NCBI GenBank assembly: GCA_001795735.1
Contig: MGKQ01000020.1
Location: 52,050-116,049, forward strand
Source: Candidatus Yanofskybacteria bacterium RIFCSPLOWO2_02_FULL_41_13
Lineage (GTDB): Bacteria; Patescibacteriota; Minisyncoccia; 2-02-FULL-40-12; GWA2-44-9
DNA: 64,000 nucleotides
Direction of reading: 5' to 3'
The notes below the pieces were generated by a model. The model searched no databases. It had not been told where the DNA came from and saw nothing but the letters and a program-made list of their open reading frames with translations. How positions within the stretch are numbered: position 1 is the first letter of the stretch; each line of letters starts with the position of its first letter. The translations under genes and the position numbers were made by a program. Positions 56,799 to 64,000 of this stretch are shown here, piece after piece.

Positions 56799-58055
56799 GG
56801 TTTTCAAAAAATAGCAAAGATTCTAAGGATATCTCCGGGAGACCTTTTGAATTTGGATCAAAAAATGTCTTCAATTACAGGCCAGAAAGGGGTTATAGAA
56901 TCAATTTCGGTAGAGAATGACATGCTGGTTAAAAAGAGTCTGGCGGAACTGAGCTTGCCCGAAGATGCAACTGCCGATGAGATTTACGCTTCCTTGATAG
57001 GTAAGCTAACTCACGTGGATAAGCACCTTTTTGAACTTCTTGATAAGCCCGACTTGGCTAATATGTCTAATGTATGCGGAAAAATGTGTGAAGTGGCATT
57101 TCAGACTTTTACTCCGCCCAAGGGTTTGTTCATGAAAAAAGAAAAAGCAATAGAACTTCTTAATAAATACAAGCCGGACAATCTACTGAGTCATTTTAAA
57201 TGTTCTTCGGTGGATGAATTAGTTAAGAAAGAGGGCTTTGCTTCTGTGGTAAGTGCCCTTCGTTTTGCCCAGAGCCAGGAATGGATGCACAAATTCTTTG
57301 ATGAAGCATACAACGATTTAAAACCTGGTGATTTTGAGGAAAGAGATGTCGAGTTGATTGTCCTCGATCATAAATGGCTTGCGGTAGCGGAGAAGTTTCT
57401 TGAGAAAAAGTATCATAACGTCAGCCATCTCAAAGAATTCGGGGTTATCTTCGTCACGCCGATTGTGATTGATTCTCCCGGCGAAACATCGAGAATGTTT
57501 ACCCTTATACTTCACTATCTGCACGAAGTTCCTTTTTATGCCGGTCTATTCAGGCATTTTATGGACGATCCTGATTTTAATATCAAATTTAGATCATTAT
57601 TACGGGGCGATGTGCCGTCGGGTTCTATCATGGACGGCGGCAAAGTTGTCTGGAGGATTGTTCAGCGGTATTTAGCCAAGGACAATGAGAATGATCCTCG
57701 GCTGTTTGAACCCCATGTTAATCCTGAAGCGGAACATTGGTACAGGGCGGAAGGTGATTTTAGCCGTTTGGGCAGAATGATGAAAAGAGATGACGGCGAG
57801 CTTAGCTTGAATTGCTGGACAGGTCTTGATTTTGTGGGAGGCGAGTTCAAGGACAGGAACGGAGAAGACCATATCGTTAGTTTTAATTTTATTGATTTAG
57901 CCATGTCTTTAGTCAAAAAGGGACATATAAAATACTTGTACCATCATCAGGAGGCTTTATGGAACAAGATATTTTCTGAATATATGGGTAGAGAAATAAT
58001 GAACAGGTTAATCGAGGAGAATATAATCGGAGGTTTTATAAAATTAGGTAAATGA
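56790..58055 (+). CDS. hypothetical protein (424 aa, unknown function) embedded in the sugar-phosphate operon
   Basis: ORF, no recognisable catalytic motifs; ATG 56790 (track TTG 56781); 4-nt overlap with the aldolase start. Confidence 0.5.
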   Translation: MDQGFQKIAKILRISPGDLLNLDQKMSSITGQKGVIESISVENDMLVKKSLAELSLPEDATADEIYASLIGKLTHVDKHLFELLDKPDLANMSNVCGKMCEVAFQTFTPPKGLFMKKEKAIELLNKYKPDNLLSHFKCSSVDELVKKEGFASVVSALRFAQSQEWMHKFFDEAYNDLKPGDFEERDVELIVLDHKWLAVAEKFLEKKYHNVSHLKEFGVIFVTPIVIDSPGETSRMFTLILHYLHEVPFYAGLFRHFMDDPDFNIKFRSLLRGDVPSGSIMDGGKVVWRIVQRYLAKDNENDPRLFEPHVNPEAEHWYRAEGDFSRLGRMMKRDDGELSLNCWTGLDFVGGEFKDRNGEDHIVSFNFIDLAMSLVKKGHIKYLYHHQEALWNKIFSEYMGREIMNRLIEENIIGGFIKLGK

Positions 58056-58915
58056 ACGAGTCTGCTTTAAATGATTATCTCAAGGAGGCTAGAAAAAATG
58101 GCTATGCAATTGGCCATTTTAATTTTTCGACCGAAGATGTTCTGCGGGGGATTGTTGAAGCGGCCCATGATGCCGGCGCGCCGGCGGTGATGGTGGGGAC
58201 CTCGGAAGGTGAAGTTGAGTACTTCGGCATGGATGAGGCCGTGGCCCTGGTTCAGGCCGTCAGGAAGCATTATAATTTTCCGGTCTTTTTAAATGCCGAT
58301 CATTTCAAAAGTTTTGATAAGTGCCGTGAGGCGATAGATGTCGGATACGACTCGGTTATTATTGATGAATCGAAAATGCCTTTTGCTGATAATATGGATA
58401 TTACGAAAAAAGTTGTTGAATATGTCAAATCTAACGGAAAGCACACTCTTGTTGAAGGAGAAATAGGTTATCTTCGGGGGTCTTCGGAAGTTCAGAAAAA
58501 AGTAGAAGTAACTCCCGACGATTATACAAAGCCGGAACAGGCCAGAGAGTTTGTTGATAAAACCGGTGTAAATCAATTAGCCGTTGTTTTTGGCAATATT
58601 CATGGGATTGTGACCGATCAGGAGGAAAAGCTCGATATAGGGCATTTTAAGAGGATTGTAGAGGCTGTTCCTGAGGTATATTATGTCCTTCACGGAGCAT
58701 CCGGGCTTAAAGATGCCGATGTTCAGGCGGCGATTAAGGCGGGTGTAACTAATGTTCATTTTAATACCGAACTTCGGGTGGCCTACACCGAAGGACTTCA
58801 TAAAGCTCTCCATGATAAACCCGGCGAAACTACTCCCTACAAATATCTCAAGGTCGGAGTAGATGAAATGAAAAAGGTGGTCTCAGCGAAGATTAAGCTA
58901 TTTATGGGGCGATAG
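58052..58915 (+). CDS. fba: class II fructose/tagatose-bisphosphate aldolase
   Basis: GHFNF...H at metal sites, LHGASG motif. Confidence 0.85.
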   Translation: MNESALNDYLKEARKNGYAIGHFNFSTEDVLRGIVEAAHDAGAPAVMVGTSEGEVEYFGMDEAVALVQAVRKHYNFPVFLNADHFKSFDKCREAIDVGYDSVIIDESKMPFADNMDITKKVVEYVKSNGKHTLVEGEIGYLRGSSEVQKKVEVTPDDYTKPEQAREFVDKTGVNQLAVVFGNIHGIVTDQEEKLDIGHFKRIVEAVPEVYYVLHGASGLKDADVQAAIKAGVTNVHFNTELRVAYTEGLHKALHDKPGETTPYKYLKVGVDEMKKVVSAKIKLFMGR

Positions 58916-59105
58916 TTCTAATAAATAGTTTCTCGGAAACAGAAAAATCGGCTCCAGCGGCCGATTTTTCTTCGTCCTTGACATTTTGAAGAACCAAGCC
59001 AAAATGTCTGTGGATGTTCCTTAAAACTATTTATTAGAGCTATCTCGTTGCTTTGCTTAAATAGCCGTGCTTTAATATAGGGCAGTACTTGATATCGAGG
59101 AGACT

Positions 59106-59315
59106 ATGATGGTTTCTGTATCGACTTTGACTATTCCGTGTCGAGAGGTGTATCGTCTAGATGCTTTGGTTCAAGCCATTCGTTTGAACTTCAAAAATGG
59201 GGGTGAGGAATTAGTAGTTGTATTGAGTCTTTTTGAATCAGAGCCGAGACTACAAACCACTTCTGGAGATACTTGGGTTGGGGAGAAAAAATTACGAAGC
59301 ATATTTCTTAGCTGA
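59106..59315 (+). CDS. hypothetical small protein
   Basis: ORF with conserved leader-like sequence upstream (shared with 59399 gene). Confidence 0.3.
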   Translation: MMVSVSTLTIPCREVYRLDALVQAIRLNFKNGGEELVVVLSLFESEPRLQTTSGDTWVGEKKLRSIFLS

Positions 59316-59398
59316 GTCGGCAAACGCCGGCTTTTTGTTTGCAAACTTTTACAGTTGTGGTTTAATGTGGGGTAGTACATTCAATCGGGAGGTAATAG

Positions 59399-59728
59399 AT
59401 GAAACTTAGTAAAGAGGCATTGGTAGCGCTTCAACAGATGATGGGCGAAGAGGGTTCGATATTTAATAGAAATCTTTTTCTCAGACACTGGACAGGCTAT
59501 CCTGGACCGGAGAAGTGTAGTATTTTTCCAGATAAAATTGTGGATATAGCAACTTTTGAGGAGCTAAAAAAGACAGGCTCTATAACGTCCCATATAGCCG
59601 ATGAATACTGGAGGTTGAGCGGTATAGGCCTAAAAGCCTTAAAAGACGCTGGAATGGAGACAAAGCCGGGCAAGCTCACCCGCGATGACATAGAGTGGCT
59701 GACCGGTACTGGTCGCTATGCCCAGTAA
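59399..59728 (+). CDS. hypothetical protein
   Basis: ORF with RBS GGGAGG and hairpin terminator after the stop. Confidence 0.45.
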   Translation: MKLSKEALVALQQMMGEEGSIFNRNLFLRHWTGYPGPEKCSIFPDKIVDIATFEELKKTGSITSHIADEYWRLSGIGLKALKDAGMETKPGKLTRDDIEWLTGTGRYAQ

Positions 59729-59734
59729 ACACAG

Positions 59735-59758
59735 ACCGATTTCTCGGTCTTTTTATTT
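59735..59758 (+). terminator. rho-independent terminator (GACCGA-TTTC-TCGGTC + TTTTT)
   Basis: seen directly. Confidence 0.7.
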
Positions 59759-59832
59759 ACAAATAAGCGAACCTGCTGCATAAGGACTTGATTTACGGAA
59801 TTATTTCTGCTAATATAACAGGGCATTTATTT

Positions 59833-60531
59833 ATGGCTCATGCACAACATAAAATTGAATTAGAAGCCCAGACAAGGACGGTTTTGGGGGCAAAAGTCAG
59901 GGCATTAAGGAGCTCCGGTTATATACCGGCAGTTTTGTATGGAAAAGGACAGGAAGCCTTAAATTTGCAGGTACCCATAAAGAATTTTCATAAGGCCTTA
60001 AAGGAAGCGGGAGAGTCAACGTTGGTTTACGTTAATGTTGATGGAAAGTCTTATCCTACCATTATTCACGACGTTGCCAGAGATCCAGTTAAAGATGACG
60101 TCATTCATGCAGATTTTTATAAGGTAAGCTTGACTGAGAAGATCAAAACAAAAGTTCCGGTTGTTTTTGAGGGCGAGTCTCTGGCGGTTAAAGACTTGGC
60201 CGGTATTTTCGTTAGAAATGTGAACGAACTTGAAGTCGAGGCTTTGCCTCAGAATTTACCCCATGAGATATCGATCAGCATCTCCTCTCTTAAGAATTTC
60301 GGCGACCAAATATTAGTTAAAGATATTAAGTTTGGTTCCGATATTAAATTGGTTGCTGATGAGGACACGATTCTAGCCACTATTCAGGAGCCTAAGTCGC
60401 AGGAAGAGCTTGATGCAGAGCTTGCGGCTCCGACAGCCGGCGTTGAAGATGTTGAAATAGTCGAGAAGAAGAAAGAAGAAGTTCCGGCTGAGGAAGGCGA
60501 AGCACCGGCTGCACCAGCTGAAACTAAATAA
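59833..60531 (+). CDS. rplY: 50S ribosomal protein L25 (Ctc form)
   Basis: N-terminal L25 domain (LEAQTRTVLGAKVRALRSSGYIPAVLYG) plus acidic C-terminal extension; ATG 59833. Confidence 0.8.
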   Translation: MAHAQHKIELEAQTRTVLGAKVRALRSSGYIPAVLYGKGQEALNLQVPIKNFHKALKEAGESTLVYVNVDGKSYPTIIHDVARDPVKDDVIHADFYKVSLTEKIKTKVPVVFEGESLAVKDLAGIFVRNVNELEVEALPQNLPHEISISISSLKNFGDQILVKDIKFGSDIKLVADEDTILATIQEPKSQEELDAELAAPTAGVEDVEIVEKKKEEVPAEEGEAPAAPAETK

Positions 60532-60710
60532 AATAGTAAATAATTAGAACGTAGTGTGTTTGGTCAAGATTGAGGCAAAAGCGAGGACCTAATCGAGCCA
60601 TAGTTAAGCTATGGCGAGGGAGGACTGGAGCTTTTAACGAAAATATTGACCAAATCCTTTAGGGCCCGTACCGCTTAACAAAAGTTAGCGGAGGGCGAAC
60701 AAGTTATAAT

Positions 60711-60938
60711 ATGAAAGAAGATACACACCCACAATATCATTCCAAAGCCGAGTTTAAATGCGCCTGTGGCAAGACTTGGACAATCGGTTCAACTGCGCCA
60801 AAAACCAGCGTCAGCATTTGTGCTAACTGCCATCCATTTTATACCGGCACCGAAAAAATAGTTGATACTCGGGGGAGGGTAGAGAAGTTCAAAAAGAGGA
60901 TGGAAAAAGCACAAGGTAAAGCTAGGGGCAAAAAATAA
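60711..60938 (+). CDS. rpmE: 50S ribosomal protein L31
   Basis: MKEDTHPQYH..., CxCG...CxxCHPFYTG. Confidence 0.9.
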   Translation: MKEDTHPQYHSKAEFKCACGKTWTIGSTAPKTSVSICANCHPFYTGTEKIVDTRGRVEKFKKRMEKAQGKARGKK

Positions 60939-61079
60939 ATTTTGTTTGCTAACGAAGTGAGCAGTAACAAAAGTTACCCCGCCCTCTAAGCTTGTGATTC
61001 ATGGTATAAACTAAAGAATAACGGGCATAGAGGGCGGGGTGCTCATAATTATAGCTACTCGTTACACTCGAAGATAATT

Positions 61080-61805
61080 ATGGCAGAAGCTATTATTGAG
61101 ATACGAGCTGGGGCGGGTGGCGATGAAGCCGCTCTTTTTGCATCGGACTTATTTAATATGTATAAACGTTATGCTATCGGTAAGGGGTGGGGGGTTGATG
61201 TCATAGACTTTAATCAAAATAATCTGGGTGGTTTTAAATCGCTCGTCTTCGAGCTTAAAGGGTCTGATGTTTTTAATAAAATGAAATATGAATCGGGCGT
61301 GCATCGTGTTCAGCGCATCCCTAAAACCGAAAAATCTGGTCGGGTTCATACCTCTACGGCTACTGTTGCCGTGTTGGTTAAGGCAACTGAAAAAGACTTG
61401 CATATACGGCCGGATGAACTAGAAGTTTCTTTTTCCCGAGCCGGTGGTCCGGGCGGTCAGAACGTTAATAAGGTGGAAACAGCCGTCAGAATATTACACA
61501 AACCAACTGGTATTGTTGTTTCCTGTCGTCAAGAAAGAAGTCAGCACGGTAATAGGGAAAAAGCCCTCGATCTTCTGCGGACAAAACTTCTTGAGATAAA
61601 ACGAGTCGAAGAAACGGGGAATATTACCGAAGAACGCCGAAGGCAGATAGGAACCGGTGACCGGTCTGAGAAGATTCGAACATACAATTTCCCCCAAGAC
61701 CGCATTACCGATCATCGGATTAAGAAAAGTTGGGGCAATATCGATAAGATTATGAACGGCGATTTAGACAAGATAGTCCAAAAACTGGTAATAGAATTAA
61801 AATGA
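61080..61805 (+). CDS. prfA: peptide chain release factor 1-like, lacking N-terminal domain 1
   Basis: PKT (PxT-type) codon-recognition motif, GGQ motif; begins directly at domain 2 ([12 protein letters not shown]); in-frame stop 33 nt upstream. Confidence 0.7.
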   Translation: MAEAIIEIRAGAGGDEAALFASDLFNMYKRYAIGKGWGVDVIDFNQNNLGGFKSLVFELKGSDVFNKMKYESGVHRVQRIPKTEKSGRVHTSTATVAVLVKATEKDLHIRPDELEVSFSRAGGPGGQNVNKVETAVRILHKPTGIVVSCRQERSQHGNREKALDLLRTKLLEIKRVEETGNITEERRRQIGTGDRSEKIRTYNFPQDRITDHRIKKSWGNIDKIMNGDLDKIVQKLVIELK

Positions 61806-61963
61806 GAGAATCATTTGATATAAAATCACCAATTTTTACTCCTCGGCCGGGCTGGGGCGGAAAACTGAAAAAATGGTTTTCCGACAACTTTGAATCTAAG
61901 ATCTTGCCCGTTATCTCAACAGCTGTGTTTGCTACGGGACTTTACCTTGTATTTTTAGGATAA
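61802..61963 (+). CDS. possible small membrane protein (53 aa), start overlapping prfA stop
   Basis: ATG overlapping TGA (AATGAG); single [22 protein letters not shown]; below track threshold. Confidence 0.25.
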   Translation: MRESFDIKSPIFTPRPGWGGKLKKWFSDNFESKILPVISTAVFATGLYLVFLG

Positions 61964-61987
61964 ATTTGGTATTATTTCCTCTTACAT

Positions 61988-62674
61988 ATGTCAGATCTGA
62001 ATACACAACTGAATTATGAGGAGATGCTTAAGTCGGGTATGCATTTTGGGCGCAAAAAGACCGTCTTTAATCCTAAAATGAAGAAATATGTTTTCACCGT
62101 CAAGGAAGGCATTTGTATCATCGATTTAATAAAAACTCAAGCAGAGTTAAGCTCAGCCACAGAGCATCTTAAAAGAATCATTGCCCAGAATGGCATAATT
62201 TTATTTGTCGCTCTCACCAAGCAATCAGTCGATTCGGTTAAAGATCTGGCTGTATCATTGGGTATGCCCTACGTTGTTGACAGGTGGCTGGGTGGTACCC
62301 TTACTAATTTTAAAGTTATATCAAATAGGGTCAAAAAGCTTGAAGAGATGGAAAATGCTAGAAAATCAGGTGGCCTTGAAAAGTACACCAAGAAGGAGCG
62401 CTTAATGTTCGAGAGAGAGATTCTAAAAATGGAAAAAAGCTTCAGCGGGCTTAGAAAGCTCACCAGATTACCGGATGTAGTTTTCATATCATCATTGAAA
62501 GATGGCGCCCTACCCGCTCATGAGGCTAAAATCGTAAAAATACCCATTATTGCCATAGCTAATACTGATTCAGATCCAGCCGAGGTTGCATATATAATCC
62601 CGGCGAATGATCGATCCAAAAAGTCAGTTGATCTGATAATCGAAGCATTAAAGAAAGAGTTAACGGCAAAGTAA
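61988..62674 (+). CDS. rpsB: 30S ribosomal protein S2
   Basis: MLKSGMHFGRKK... typical S2 N-terminus. Confidence 0.9.
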   Translation: MSDLNTQLNYEEMLKSGMHFGRKKTVFNPKMKKYVFTVKEGICIIDLIKTQAELSSATEHLKRIIAQNGIILFVALTKQSVDSVKDLAVSLGMPYVVDRWLGGTLTNFKVISNRVKKLEEMENARKSGGLEKYTKKERLMFEREILKMEKSFSGLRKLTRLPDVVFISSLKDGALPAHEAKIVKIPIIAIANTDSDPAEVAYIIPANDRSKKSVDLIIEALKKELTAK

Positions 62675-62675
62675 A

Positions 62676-62808
62676 TCCCAATCTCTAAATCCTAAATCCC
62701 AAACAAATCCAGAAAATTCTAAATTCAAAATCAGAAACGTTTTGAAATTAGAGTTTCGATATTAGATATTGTTTAGAGTTTAGAAATTAGAATTTCGAAT
62801 TTAATTCA
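62676..62808. repeat. AT-rich pseudo-palindrome (AAATCC/AAATTC units left, GAATTT/AGAATT units right)
   Basis: seen directly between rpsB and tsf. Confidence 0.45.
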
Positions 62809-62809
62809 G

Positions 62810-63256
62810 GTGGATATAAACAAGATTAAATCTCTACGTGATAGCACGGGGCTGTCTTTCAATGAAATTAAAGAAGCTCTAACTAAGGCCGGCGGAGATG
62901 AAATAAAAGCTAAAGAAATGTTACATAACCTTGGCGTGAAAATGGCCGCTAAAAAGTCATCTCGAGAAGTCAAAGAGGGCGTAGTCGAATCGTATATACA
63001 TAACACCCGTAAAGTAGGTTCAATGGTTGAAGTTATGTGCGAGACCGATTTTGTAGCCAGAAATGTTGAATTTCAAAAACTGGCCAAAGAATTATCAATG
63101 CATATCGCCGCCATGAAGCCCGGGAACCTTGAAGAATTGTTAGCCCAGTCTTTTATAAAGGATCAGGATATAACCATTCAAGATCTTCTCAACCAGAATA
63201 TAGCCAAACTGGGAGAGAACATACAAATCGGCCGATTTGAAGTCTTCTCACTCTAA
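62810..63256 (+). CDS. tsf: elongation factor Ts (short form)
   Basis: UBA-like N-terminus (LRDSTGLSFNEIKEAL) and ETDFVARN motif; GTG start. Confidence 0.85.
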   Translation: MDINKIKSLRDSTGLSFNEIKEALTKAGGDEIKAKEMLHNLGVKMAAKKSSREVKEGVVESYIHNTRKVGSMVEVMCETDFVARNVEFQKLAKELSMHIAAMKPGNLEELLAQSFIKDQDITIQDLLNQNIAKLGENIQIGRFEVFSL

Positions 63257-63274
63257 ATTTATATCATTACTACT

Positions 63275-63943
63275 TTGTTTATTCTCATACCCTCACTGTT
63301 AATTTTATGCTCTGTTCTGGGTATCGCTATAATTATTTGGCGTAAAAAGTCGTATATAAAAAAACTCTACTCACTAGATATCGCGGGAGGCAGTTTTGAA
63401 ATGTCCGTTGTCAATGGTTCGAGTATTTCTGCTCCCGCTGGTTTTAGCTGGAAAGCTTATGGGGCCGACTTCTTTCCTGAGATAAAAGTTCTGATTGATA
63501 AACTGGGGTTGCATAAGTATAAGACAATATGGCTTAGGGAGGCGGAAAAAATATTAAGAAAGACAAGATTGGTATCGCTTCGGGTTGATAACTTCTCGGA
63601 CTCCTTAATTAAAAAAATAAGACGGGTTCATATCAACGGACAGTTAAACGGTAAAACATCGTCGGAGGAGTTAGTTGAAGATAAAAATCAAATGATCGAA
63701 AGCGAAGCTAAGCCCATTAGTCCCAACTTTCTTAAAAATGAAGAGCAGAGATTGGTAATGGAGATAGCCAAAAATCCTAAAAATCCCGATCTCTATGAAT
63801 CCCTCGGTGATTTATATATAGAAATGGACAATTTTGTCGATGCCAAGGAATCATATGAGGCCGCTATTGAGCTAAGCCCTCAAAAAGAATCACTCAAAAT
63901 AAAACTCTCTGGAGCGTTGGAGAGACTTGTTCAAACCCCGTAG
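63275..63943 (+). CDS. hypothetical membrane-anchored protein with C-terminal TPR-like helices
   Basis: N-terminal TM; C-terminal LYESLGDLYIEMDNFVDAKESYEAAIEL. Confidence 0.4.
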   Translation: MFILIPSLLILCSVLGIAIIIWRKKSYIKKLYSLDIAGGSFEMSVVNGSSISAPAGFSWKAYGADFFPEIKVLIDKLGLHKYKTIWLREAEKILRKTRLVSLRVDNFSDSLIKKIRRVHINGQLNGKTSSEELVEDKNQMIESEAKPISPNFLKNEEQRLVMEIAKNPKNPDLYESLGDLYIEMDNFVDAKESYEAAIELSPQKESLKIKLSGALERLVQTP

Positions 63944-64000
63944 TAGAAGTTCGAGCTGGCTTCGCTATTTTAAATCTCGAACTTCCACTACGGGGCAAAA

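Overview
This is a low-GC, gene-dense window, coded almost entirely on the plus strand, whose gene content suggests a reduced-genome bacterium, possibly CPR/Patescibacteria-like (inference from gene content only).

The main result is a complete diversity-generating retroelement (DGR) at about 13.4-17.1 kb. It has a 638-aa target gene whose last ~137 nt form the variable region (VR, ~15179-15315). A non-coding template repeat (TR, ~15606-15742) lies ~290 nt downstream. An Avd-like four-helix-bundle gene sits on the opposite strand, followed by a DGR-type reverse transcriptase (LPLGNLTSQ and YADD motifs) on the plus strand. I aligned VR and TR base by base: all 18 mismatches fall on TR adenines, which is the defining DGR signature. 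The RT 5' region carries a G10 homopolymer, and the cassette is flanked by inverted-repeat (MITE-like) elements.

The window is unusually rich in small inverted-repeat elements. Three copies of one MITE family lie at ~13.0, 20.7 and 46.7 kb. There is a ~300-bp element with 22-bp TIRs at ~44.2-44.5 kb. Three copies of an ATCCCGTACRAAGT inverted-box pair sit at the starts of three genes, one of them an ECF-like sigma factor gene. A perfect 16-bp palindrome ATCGAGGATCCTCGAT occurs in two element copies, one inserted in-frame in a CDS. Many intergenic AT-rich pseudo-palindromes are built from CAATTT/AAATTC-type units.

Ordinary content:
- MacAB-like efflux genes, an S46 peptidase, a P-type ATPase, and a CcdA plus two C39-like peptidases.
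- A glycogen/glycolysis cluster (GlgA, GH57, GH13, PGI) and a PPP/glycolysis cluster (TrxR-like, RpiB, 2-hydroxyacid dehydrogenase, Rpe, PfkB kinase, an unknown 424-aa protein, class II FBA).
- A type IV pilus module (PilB, PilC, four prepilin-like genes, one with an LVIVD beta-propeller) followed by an LPETS-type sortase substrate and a sortase.
- Tgt, SOD, two glutaredoxin-like genes, VKOR, DedA, CPBP protease, a PMT-family glycosyltransferase, and ribosomal/translation genes (L25, L31, an N-terminally truncated RF1, S2, EF-Ts).

I found no rRNA, no convincing tRNA and no CRISPR array. Coordinates of non-CDS features were placed by eye and may be off by a few nt.
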